This document shows, piece by piece, positions 43,349 through 52,359 of a stretch of 64,000 bases of DNA. The first letter of the stretch is position 1. Each line of letters starts with the position of its first letter. Position numbers and translations under genes: made by a program. Source of the DNA: an uncultured Pelagibacteraceae bacterium (GTDB lineage: Bacteria > Pseudomonadota > Alphaproteobacteria > Pelagibacterales > Pelagibacteraceae); NCBI GenBank assembly GCA_902608305.1, contig CACLNK010000001.1, positions 12,244-76,243 of the forward strand. The letters are read 5' to 3'. Under the pieces are notes generated by a model. That model did no database searches and was not told the origin of the DNA. It was given only the letters and a program-made list of their open reading frames with translations.

Positions 43349-44606
43349 AAAAATAGCATTAATTGATTGCAATTCTTTCTACGTCTCTTGCGAAAGATTA
43401 TTTAATCCCAAAATCCGAAATAAACCTGTTGTTGTCTTATCAAGTAATGATGGTTGTATAATTTCAAGGTCTAATGAGGCAAAGACTCTTGGTATTAAAA
43501 TGGGTGATCCCTACTTTAAAGCTAAAGATATAATACTTAAAAATAACGTTCATGTATTTTCTTCAAATTATTCTTTGTACGGAGATCTTTCTAGAAGAGT
43601 CATGAGAACTTTAAAACGTTTTAACTCTGAAATAGAAATTTACTCTATAGATGAAGCTTTTTTAGATTTAACTAATTTTCCTGATGATGAAGTAGAAGAT
43701 GTGGGAAAAGAAATTAGAAGCATCGTATTACAATGGACAGGAATACCCACTAGTATTGGAATTGCAAAAACTAAAACTCTAAGTAAAATTGCCAATCATA
43801 TTGCAAAGAAAACAAAGTCTGGCATTGTAAGTTTAATAGGCATTAAAGATATTGATCCTATATTAAAAAAGGTAGAAATTAATGATGTTTGGGGAGTTGG
43901 TAAACAACTTACAAAGTTTTTTGTTCAAAATGGAATTCATAATGCCAAACAATTAAAAAATATATCTAATACTTGGATAAAAAAAAGTTCCAATGTTTTA
44001 AGTTCTAGAACTGCTATGGAGCTTAGAGGTATTTCGTGTATAGCTTTGGAAACTCAAAATTCAAAAAGAAAAAGTTGTGTGGTCTCAAGATCATTCGCAA
44101 AAAAAGTAGAAAAACTTCAAGAACTACAAGAGTCAATCACAAGCTATTGCTTAAATGCTGCAGAAAAAATTAGATCAGAATCTTTAATTGCAAAATCAAT
44201 AACAATATTTATTAGAACTAGTCCTTTTCAAAATCAATTTGCTTATTATTCAAATTCTAAAACTATAGATTTACCAATAGCAACAGACAATAGTATTGAG
44301 ATAGTTAAAACTGCACTAACTGGATTAAAAGATATTTTTAAAAATGGATATAGATATCAAAAAGCTGGAATAATGTTATCAGGTTTGTCTAGTTCGCAAG
44401 GAAGTAAAAATTTATTTTCTTCTATCAAAGATGTTAAAATTAAAAACCTAATGAAGTCCATAGATAATACTAATTATAGATTTGGTCGATCAACTTTAAG
44501 TTTGGCTAGTGCTGGAATAAATAAAAAATGGAACATAAAAAGACAATACTCGTCAAAAATTGATACTGCTGATTTTAATTTTTTACCAACGATAAAAGCT
44601 ATTTAA
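43326..44606 (+). CDS. umuC: DNA polymerase V subunit UmuC (Y family)
   Basis: DCNSFYVSCE, SNDGC, YSIDEAF, VWGVG, SRSF, YQKAG. Confidence 0.95.
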   Translation: MSSTQYTKKIALIDCNSFYVSCERLFNPKIRNKPVVVLSSNDGCIISRSNEAKTLGIKMGDPYFKAKDIILKNNVHVFSSNYSLYGDLSRRVMRTLKRFNSEIEIYSIDEAFLDLTNFPDDEVEDVGKEIRSIVLQWTGIPTSIGIAKTKTLSKIANHIAKKTKSGIVSLIGIKDIDPILKKVEINDVWGVGKQLTKFFVQNGIHNAKQLKNISNTWIKKSSNVLSSRTAMELRGISCIALETQNSKRKSCVVSRSFAKKVEKLQELQESITSYCLNAAEKIRSESLIAKSITIFIRTSPFQNQFAYYSNSKTIDLPIATDNSIEIVKTALTGLKDIFKNGYRYQKAGIMLSGLSSSQGSKNLFSSIKDVKIKNLMKSIDNTNYRFGRSTLSLASAGINKKWNIKRQYSSKIDTADFNFLPTIKAI

Positions 44607-45468
44607 GATTTTCAATATTATTAATATTTTCTAAAGAATTATTCAGTTCTGTTATATTTTCACGTCCCGAGAGAACAAAGACTGAAATGATCATCGCTAT
44701 AACCAATGCAACTGGGATAAGTGTAATAATTGAAATGTGTTTTAAAATGAGAAAAATATAAACAACTAGAAAAATTATAGATCTAATTACAACAGTAGAT
44801 TTAAAAACAGCAATAATTGAAAGAGAATGTTTTAAAAGATCGATAAAACTCATCTTGGATGGACCAAAATATCTAGGCCCTCTAATTGAAGAAACAGATT
44901 TACGTACTTTTGCTGTCTTTGATAATGAGCCAGAAAAACTGCTCCAAGTAGCAGCTTCATCAGTCATTTTAACTACTGTGGATTTTGGTAAACAAGTATA
45001 ATTTCCAAACTTAATGGATTGTCCTGTAAAAACGTAGGCTAAACACTTATGAATCAAATAACAAAATTTAAATATAAATCCTTCTGACCTTTCAATTCTG
45101 TCTCCCGTAATAACCACATTGGGATATTCCTTGGCTTTTTCAATAAGCAATTTTATTTCTTCAGGCCTATCTTCTCCATCACCATCCATCGGTATTACAT
45201 AATCAACATCTTCTTTTTCATTAATATATTTTAATCCGGCAGCATTACATCTTGCATGACCTATATTCTCTTTCATATTAATAACTTGAACTGATTTTAA
45301 ATTATTTAGATTTAAATTAACTTCAGATCTTTGTTCAGTTGATGCATCATTAACAATTATAACTGAAGCTTCCACATCCAAACTTGTAATTTCTAAATCA
45401 ATATTTTCTAAAAGTTTAAAAACAGACTGCCAGTCATTATAAATAGGAATGAGTATTTTAATTTTCAT
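44599..45468 (-). CDS. GT2 polyprenol-phosphate glycosyltransferase-like
   Basis: ILIPIYND, VNDAS, MDGDGED, RYFGPSKM, two C-terminal TM segments. Confidence 0.85.
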   Translation of the reverse strand: MKIKILIPIYNDWQSVFKLLENIDLEITSLDVEASVIIVNDASTEQRSEVNLNLNNLKSVQVINMKENIGHARCNAAGLKYINEKEDVDYVIPMDGDGEDRPEEIKLLIEKAKEYPNVVITGDRIERSEGFIFKFCYLIHKCLAYVFTGQSIKFGNYTCLPKSTVVKMTDEAATWSSFSGSLSKTAKVRKSVSSIRGPRYFGPSKMSFIDLLKHSLSIIAVFKSTVVIRSIIFLVVYIFLILKHISIITLIPVALVIAMIISVFVLSGRENITELNNSLENINNIENLK

Positions 45469-46298
45469 TTTAATGGTGGAAGTTTACCAACAACTTTCTT
45501 TTTTGATTTACCAACTCTTACTTCATCAAAATAAAGTACCTGTCCAGGGACATCTTGTTGATTATTTTTATTTCTCCATCTAGACATAAAAGATCTGTAA
45601 ATTCCAAACTTAAAATAAACTTTAGGTTTTTTCTTAACTAAAGTTTTTCCTTCATATTCATATTTTAATTCGTTATTGATCCAAGTTTTAAAAAAACCAT
45701 CTGGCTTAATAGACCATTTGGCATGTACTAATACGTCAGTCCATTTGCCTCTCATGTCTTCATCTGATGCAACTGTATATAAAACAGAACATTCTGATCC
45801 TTCGGGTATACAATCAACAAAATCTTTCTCAATATGGTAACCACCAGCTATTCCCCTATTTGGATTCTGATTTTCAAAAGCAAAAATTGGTCCAATGCCT
45901 GAGTTATAAAATTGGCCAAACATTGCTTTAGAAGGATATATAATTGGAAAATCTTTTGGAATAAAAATACTCCATGCATACCACCACTCACCAGGACCAA
46001 AACGTGTTCCGCTTAATTCATGTCTTTCTCTATCTTTTTTACAGTCACTCCATCCGTCATCATATCCACAATCTCCGGGTTTTACTTCAAATCTAATTGA
46101 TTTTTTTCCAGCTCTAACAGGATGACCGTCTTTTTTATTAACAACTTGTAGACCATGTTTTTTAAAATCTTTTTCTAAACTTTTATTATATTTACCACCT
46201 CCAGAGGCAACATCTTTTGGTAATCGAAAATGATAATCTGCAAAAACATTATTACACCACAACAAACCCAGAACCACGATCACTAAAAGTTTTTTCAT
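45465..46298 (-). CDS. Secreted polysaccharide lyase-like beta-jelly-roll protein
   Basis: Signal peptide; SIRFEV, DRERHEL, WYAWSIFIP, GQF, GKW, YFKFGIYR, YFDEV. Confidence 0.7.
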   Translation of the reverse strand: MKKLLVIVVLGLLWCNNVFADYHFRLPKDVASGGGKYNKSLEKDFKKHGLQVVNKKDGHPVRAGKKSIRFEVKPGDCGYDDGWSDCKKDRERHELSGTRFGPGEWWYAWSIFIPKDFPIIYPSKAMFGQFYNSGIGPIFAFENQNPNRGIAGGYHIEKDFVDCIPEGSECSVLYTVASDEDMRGKWTDVLVHAKWSIKPDGFFKTWINNELKYEYEGKTLVKKKPKVYFKFGIYRSFMSRWRNKNNQQDVPGQVLYFDEVRVGKSKKKVVGKLPPLK

Positions 46299-46301
46299 AA
46301 A

Positions 46302-46721
46302 TTAATCTCCAATCAAATGATGTGATAATATTCTTGTATGATGTTCTAGTCGATGCTCAAATAAATAAAGTCCTTGCCAAGTACCTAACATAAGTCTTTT
46401 GTTTTTTAGACTTAATGTTAACTGGTTATTAGTAAGCACTGATTTTATATGAGCAGGCATATCGTCCTTACCTTCTGTTGTATGTTTATATAGCTTATCA
46501 TCCATCGGAGCTAATTTATCAAAAAAATTCTTTAAATCATACAAAACATCAGGATCAGCATTTTCTTGGATAACTAGTGATGCACTTGTGTGCAAAATAT
46601 TAATATTTAATATTCCATTGTTAATTTTTTGTTCATTTAACCAGCCTAAAGTCTTTTCTGTGAAATCATAAAAACCCTGACCTTTAGTTTTTAATATTAT
46701 TTCATGGAACACTTGTTTCAT
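46302..46721 (-). CDS. yjbQ: YjbQ/UPF0047 family protein
   Basis: HTSASL, ENADPDV, DDMPAHIKS, LGTWQG. Confidence 0.93.
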   Translation of the reverse strand: MKQVFHEIILKTKGQGFYDFTEKTLGWLNEQKINNGILNINILHTSASLVIQENADPDVLYDLKNFFDKLAPMDDKLYKHTTEGKDDMPAHIKSVLTNNQLTLSLKNKRLMLGTWQGLYLFEHRLEHHTRILSHHLIGD

Positions 46722-46725
46722 ATAT

Positions 46726-46809
46726 TCAATTTTTCTTTTTCTTCTTTTTCTTTGTTCTTTTGTGTTTTTTATGACGTCTTCTAGTTCTTCCGCTTGATAT
46801 TCTTTTCAT
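46726..46809 (-). CDS. 27-aa highly basic small protein (not in ORF track)
   Basis: MKRISSGRTRRRHKKHKRTKKKKKKKN*; GGAGGT 6 nt before ATG; fills the intergenic gap almost exactly. Confidence 0.6.
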   Translation of the reverse strand: MKRISSGRTRRRHKKHKRTKKKKKKKN

Positions 46810-47478
46810 TTAATTACCTCCATATATAACTTTAAAATCTTCTTTTTCTGTACAGAAATAATGTAACCAAATAGAAATATAAGTATAAATTGCAAACACA
46901 AACATCGATTGTGAACCTGTAGCAATTGCGAAAGCAAAAGGAATCCCTATTGCAAAAACATACATTGCATTGGAAGACCATTTAAAAATACCCCTATTTT
47001 CAAAAGGCATATCTCTATATTTTGGATCAAAATGATCTGCGCCGGCAGCACGCAAAAAACCAAAATATTTCTTAACTGAATAGATCGTATAAACACCTGG
47101 AATAAATAAAATTATTGATAATATCCAAGCTAACCATCCAGGTTTATATAGAGAGCCATAATCAACAAAACACAATACAATTGCTGAAAGTCTTGAAATA
47201 ATTAAAATAAAAAAAATTATCACATAACCTTTAAATCCAATCGTATTACTTATTGATTGCCAACATAGTTCAGATCTCCAACATATCCACACATAAGCTT
47301 GATGAATTAAAGGAATAGACATAGCCATTGTAAACCAGCTTAAAGCACTAATTCCAAGAAATGTATTAGTATTACTATCAAGATCAACTAGTTGAGCGCC
47401 TATATAAAATAAAACAATAGTCCCACCCAAATGCCAGATTTGGTGCTTAAAGAAAAAGCTTAATTTATTCTCAGTCAT
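46810..47478 (-). CDS. Integral membrane methyltransferase, PEMT/ICMT-like
   Basis: About 5 TM helices; FGFLRAAGADHF, RGIFKWSSNAMY, TEKED resemble the G-x-F-x-x-x-x-N-P-M-Y...E motif. Confidence 0.6.
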   Translation of the reverse strand: MTENKLSFFFKHQIWHLGGTIVLFYIGAQLVDLDSNTNTFLGISALSWFTMAMSIPLIHQAYVWICWRSELCWQSISNTIGFKGYVIIFFILIISRLSAIVLCFVDYGSLYKPGWLAWILSIILFIPGVYTIYSVKKYFGFLRAAGADHFDPKYRDMPFENRGIFKWSSNAMYVFAIGIPFAFAIATGSQSMFVFAIYTYISIWLHYFCTEKEDFKVIYGGN

Positions 47479-48826
47479 TTAAAAAACAAATCTTCATGTT
47501 CTCTTTTATTATATTAGGACCAATACATCCCTGTTCCTTACTCCACACACCTATGACTCCATTATTTTTTGCTCTTATAATATTATTAATATTTCTATGC
47601 CATTCTGGTCTTGAAGCTAAATGATAAGATAAATTACCTGCATGCCACTCGTCTCCTTGAACAATTTCTATTTTATTTTCATAGTTTTTGTCCCATAATT
47701 TTTGAACTTCATCTGCAATTTTCTTACCTTCATAATCAGTTCTTTTATCTGTTTCAGTTATAGAAACATAAGCATAAGCAAAAGGAGAAAAAATAAATAA
47801 AATTAGGAAGACTGTAGTAAAGCCTTTTATTTTATTTAAATTTATTTGTGATTGAAAAATATAAATCACCAAAACTCCAAAGAATAAATAAAAAGGTGTC
47901 ATCCACATTGTCCTGATCTTAACTCCCATAATCATAGAAGTTAAAAATACCAAAGCTATTGGGACAATGTTTATTGCTAATAAAAATAATAATTTATTAT
48001 CTTTAAAATTAAATTTAGTTTTGAATTTACTATTTAGAAATAATAACATTAAAAAGAAAGGTATTAATATTCCAATTTGTTTTCCTAAAAAGATTAGCGG
48101 ATGAATAATGTGGTCTAAGAAATTTTGTTCTCCTGATCCTGTTCTGTGTAGACCATAGCTAATTGTTATATAGTCATTTTCAGTTAACCAAATTAAATGA
48201 GGTAGTAAAATTATTAAAAAAGGAATTAGAGATACCATGCATTTAAAATCAATTTTCTTTTTAATAAGCATATAAAGAAAAAGGAAATCCATAGATAAAA
48301 GTAAATATATGAACAAATAATGAGATAGGATGCCAAAGGCTGCAAATGTTCCAAATAATAGCCAATCAGTATATTTATTATTTTTAAAACCCTTCCAACA
48401 ATAAAATACTGTTAATGACCAAAAAGGTAATTCACAAACATAAACATTAAACTCTGGCGTGGTATAGTTATAAAAGTAAATTCCTTCTAAAAGTAAAATA
48501 GATAAAAAACTATAAATTTTGTTTTCAAAAAAATCTTTTGATAAGCTCCATATAATAAAAAAAGAAAAAACAACACATGTCTGACTAAGTAAGTAGTATG
48601 CCCAATCATTATTTCCAAATATTTGATAAAAAGTTTCAACTAAGAATGCGCTCATTGGAGGATGTTTATTAAATCCCCAATCCAAATTACTTCCCCAAGC
48701 TAAAGCTTCGATGGTATCTAGGGGTAAATTATTATTTGTTAATGTTGGTATCAAGGTCCAGACAATTAAATGTGATGTAATAAAAATGTAAAAAAAATTA
48801 TTTATATTTCTTTTATTATTGAACAT
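47471..48826 (-). CDS. ArnT/Rgt-like GT-C membrane glycosyltransferase
   Basis: PLDTIEALAWG, KHPP, many TM helices, PHLIWL; start probably 48826. Confidence 0.82.
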   Translation of the reverse strand: MFNNKRNINNFFYIFITSHLIVWTLIPTLTNNNLPLDTIEALAWGSNLDWGFNKHPPMSAFLVETFYQIFGNNDWAYYLLSQTCVVFSFFIIWSLSKDFFENKIYSFLSILLLEGIYFYNYTTPEFNVYVCELPFWSLTVFYCWKGFKNNKYTDWLLFGTFAAFGILSHYLFIYLLLSMDFLFLYMLIKKKIDFKCMVSLIPFLIILLPHLIWLTENDYITISYGLHRTGSGEQNFLDHIIHPLIFLGKQIGILIPFFLMLLFLNSKFKTKFNFKDNKLLFLLAINIVPIALVFLTSMIMGVKIRTMWMTPFYLFFGVLVIYIFQSQINLNKIKGFTTVFLILFIFSPFAYAYVSITETDKRTDYEGKKIADEVQKLWDKNYENKIEIVQGDEWHAGNLSYHLASRPEWHRNINNIIRAKNNGVIGVWSKEQGCIGPNIIKENMKICFLND

Positions 48827-48907
48827 TTGTCTAAATTTATATGAATTAAGCAGTATTGACACCTAATAATTGTTGAATATACTCCGGCACATTTTTAAAC
48901 AAGAAAT

Positions 48908-49324
48908 ATGGCAAAAATTTCCAAAACATATATCCCAAATTTAAAAGAAAAATATATGTGTGAAAAACACAAATTATTTTTTAAAAAAAAACTTATTGAA
49001 TGGAAAACTGAGATTGTAAGATCTAATAATGAAGCTTTATATAATAGCTCATTAGATGATAATAGCGCTTCTGCTGATATTGTGGATCAAGCAAGTTCAT
49101 ACACAGAAAAAAATGTTGAGATGAAAGCAATAAATAGACAAATCAAACTTATTTCTAAAATTGATCAAGCTATAAAAAAAATTGAAAATGGAACATATGG
49201 TTTTTGTGCAGAAACAGGAGAACCAATAGGAATTAAAAGGCTTATAGCAAGACCTGTTGCCACGCTATGCATAGCGGCTCAAGAAAAACATGAGAAGGAA
49301 GAAAAAGTTTACGCTGACTTTTAA
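48908..49324 (+). CDS. dksA: RNA polymerase-binding factor DksA
   Basis: Coiled coil with ADIVDQA tip, YGFCAETGEPIG, RLIARPVATLC. Confidence 0.93.
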   Translation: MAKISKTYIPNLKEKYMCEKHKLFFKKKLIEWKTEIVRSNNEALYNSSLDDNSASADIVDQASSYTEKNVEMKAINRQIKLISKIDQAIKKIENGTYGFCAETGEPIGIKRLIARPVATLCIAAQEKHEKEEKVYADF

Positions 49325-49968
49325 GGTTTAGGTATAATTTCTCCTCTATTCATAAAATCATATCCTTTAATAACAGCGTCTCTTTTTGAAATTTCTAAAT
49401 ACCATCTAGTCAAATTCTTATAATTATTAATCCCAATATCATGCCAATCATGTCTTGCAATCCATGGAAAAGTTGCAACGTCAGCAATTGAGTAATTATC
49501 TCCTGCTAGATATTTTGATTGCTCTAATCTTTCATCTAAATCACCATATATAGTTTTGGTTATTCTAAAGTATCTTTCCTCCCCCCATTTATCCTTTCCA
49601 GAATTGTAACGATGAAATTGATGGTGTTGTCCTAGCATTGGGCCAACGTAAGCCATTTGAGCCATTAACCACTGGTTAATTTTTGTTCTATCTTTTTGTT
49701 CATAAAATTTATTACTTTTTTCTCCAAGATATATAAGGATAGCTCCAGATTCAAAAACAGCTTCTTTATTATTTTCATGATCAATAATTACTGGAATTTT
49801 ACTAAAAGGACTAATTTTTCTAAATTCAGGATTAAATTGTTCACCCTTTGAAAATTCTCCTCCAGGATTAATATTTATTTTGGTAACTTTGTATTTAAAA
49901 CCAATTTCTTCAAGCATAATTGAAATTTTTTTACCATTTGGAGTATCTGCTGTTAAAAGTTCTATCAC
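49321..49968 (-). CDS. Glutathione S-transferase (YfcG/YghU-like)
   Basis: TPNGKK, KIPVI, FESGAILIYL, YSIADVA. Confidence 0.92.
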   Translation of the reverse strand: MIELLTADTPNGKKISIMLEEIGFKYKVTKININPGGEFSKGEQFNPEFRKISPFSKIPVIIDHENNKEAVFESGAILIYLGEKSNKFYEQKDRTKINQWLMAQMAYVGPMLGQHHQFHRYNSGKDKWGEERYFRITKTIYGDLDERLEQSKYLAGDNYSIADVATFPWIARHDWHDIGINNYKNLTRWYLEISKRDAVIKGYDFMNRGEIIPKP

Positions 49969-50980
49969 TTTTTAACGCCTAATCTTTCATGAACGCTCTT
50001 AGAAGTTGTTGAAAATTCAAACCTTAAGTTTTCATCTGGTCTTGCATATTTAAAACAACCTCTTGCAGCTAGTGCACCTTCATGAAAGCCAGAAAGAATT
50101 AATTTTAATTTACCAGAGTAAGTACATATATCTCCTATAGCAAATATTCCTTTATGATTTGTTTCAAAGTTTTCTGTATTAACCGGAATGTGCTTTTTAT
50201 TTAAATTTAATCCCCAATTAGCAATTGGTCCAAGCTTCATAATTAATCCAAAAAAACCTAAAAGGTAATCTGTTTCTATTTTTTGGATACTTTCATCTTC
50301 ATGTTTAATTTTAATACTTTTAATTTTTTGATCACCTTCAACTGAATTTAATTGATATTTTGTAAATAATTCAATTTTGCCTTCTTTGCTTAATGTTTTA
50401 ACTTTATCAACGCTTGCTTGCGATCCTCTAAATTCGTCTCTTCTATGTATTAATTTAACTTTAGAGTTAGCTGATAATTCAATTGCCCAGTCTAAAGCTG
50501 AATCTCCACCTCCAAATATCGAAACTCTCTTGTCTTTAAAGATACTTTTGTCTTTAACAGAATATAAAATTTCTTTTTCTTCAAATTTTTCACATTCTTT
50601 TACTAAAAATTTTCTTGGTTCAAAAGAACCTACTCCACCTGCAATAATAATATTTGGTGCTTTAAATTCTTTTCCTTTTTTAGTTTTAATTAACCAATTA
50701 TTTTTATCTTTTTTTATTTCTTCGACCCTGTCGCTTAAATGAAAATTAGTTTTAAAAGGTTTTATTTGTTTAATTAAATTATTAGTTAATTCCTCACCTG
50801 TACATACTGGTATCGCTGGAATATCGTAAATAGGTTTGTCGGGATAAAGCTCTATGCATTGTCCTCCTATTTTATCTAAGTTATCAACAACTTCACATTT
50901 TAATCCAATAATACCAAGTTGGTGAACACAAAAGAGGCCTGTGGGTCCTGCTCCTATAACTAAAACATCTGTATCAATCA

Positions 50981-50981
<1 letters not shown>
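49965..50981 (-). CDS. Thioredoxin-reductase-fold ferredoxin--NADP+ reductase
   Basis: GAGPTG, GGQCIELYPDKPIYDIP, GGGDSALDW, HRRDEFR, AIGD; no CxxC. Confidence 0.9.
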
Positions 50982-51352
<371 letters not shown>

Positions 51353-51373
51353 CTATTTTTAAAGAATATAAAA

Positions 51374-52144
51374 TTATTTAGATCTTGTGTTCGTACTTTG
51401 CATTGCAGCAACCCAGATAACTAAACCAAATGCGATTTTATTAACAAAGTCTGCTAAGTTATAAATCATGTTTAAAGAGTTGTCATCTACACTACCAATT
51501 ATGTAGCCAAATACATAGCCTAGTGGGTATATACACCAGCCAACGGTAACAATCATTCTTAAAATACCAAAAGCAGTTACAAAAATTTTATTTCCACTTT
51601 TTGCCGCTGCTTTGCCAGCTTCACCAGAAAAGATTTCATATAAAACAAAAATCCATCCACCAATACTGATTGCTAAACCAAGAACTGGTTTGATGTGTCC
51701 TGTTTCTCCTGCATAAGCTCCACCTACCATCACAAGTGATCCAATTAAAAGCCTCCAAAATATTCTATTTGAAATTTTTCTGACTATTGCCAAGATTAAA
51801 TAAAACTCAACCATCTGCAGTGGCATAGTGATAAACCAATCAATATATCTATACACAGTTGGTGAATCTGCTGTTTGAACCCAAGCACCTCTCATATACA
51901 TGTAGTTTATAAATGCAATACCAGTGATTAAACCAGCTACAGTTACTGGTGTTCTCCATGCGACAGCTACTGAGTTTCTTTCAAAGAAAAAAAACGCCGT
52001 GGCAGCTAACATGCCCATTGAAATCACCCAAAACGTAATTCCAACAAAATCATCAGGAGCTAATATAGCTTCATTTGCATTTGCTGCTCTCGATAATCCT
52101 ACAAAAGCTACAAGAATAAAAGCAAAAAACTTTAATTTACCCAT
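51374..52144 (-). CDS. Proteorhodopsin (DTE, Gln spectral tuning = blue type), His75-to-Asn variant
   Basis: Signal peptide plus 7 TM; RYIDWFITMPLQMVE; NLADFVNK retinal Lys236; GIAFINY where GIAFxHY is expected. Confidence 0.95.
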   Translation of the reverse strand: MGKLKFFAFILVAFVGLSRAANANEAILAPDDFVGITFWVISMGMLAATAFFFFERNSVAVAWRTPVTVAGLITGIAFINYMYMRGAWVQTADSPTVYRYIDWFITMPLQMVEFYLILAIVRKISNRIFWRLLIGSLVMVGGAYAGETGHIKPVLGLAISIGGWIFVLYEIFSGEAGKAAAKSGNKIFVTAFGILRMIVTVGWCIYPLGYVFGYIIGSVDDNSLNMIYNLADFVNKIAFGLVIWVAAMQSTNTRSK

Positions 52145-52359
52145 AAAAAACTCACTCTTTTGATTATTTTTTATTTTAATCTAAATCCAAACTAGGGTCA
52201 CAACAAAGTTATAACCAAAGTTAGTTTAACACTAGCAAAAAAAATAGTTAATTGCAGAGTTATTTGACATTTATTTATGTTGATTTTATTAAGTTTTTTA
52301 ATTTAAATACTGTCGCGTTGTAAAAACCATATAGAAAACTAACAAAAAAAACAAATCAA

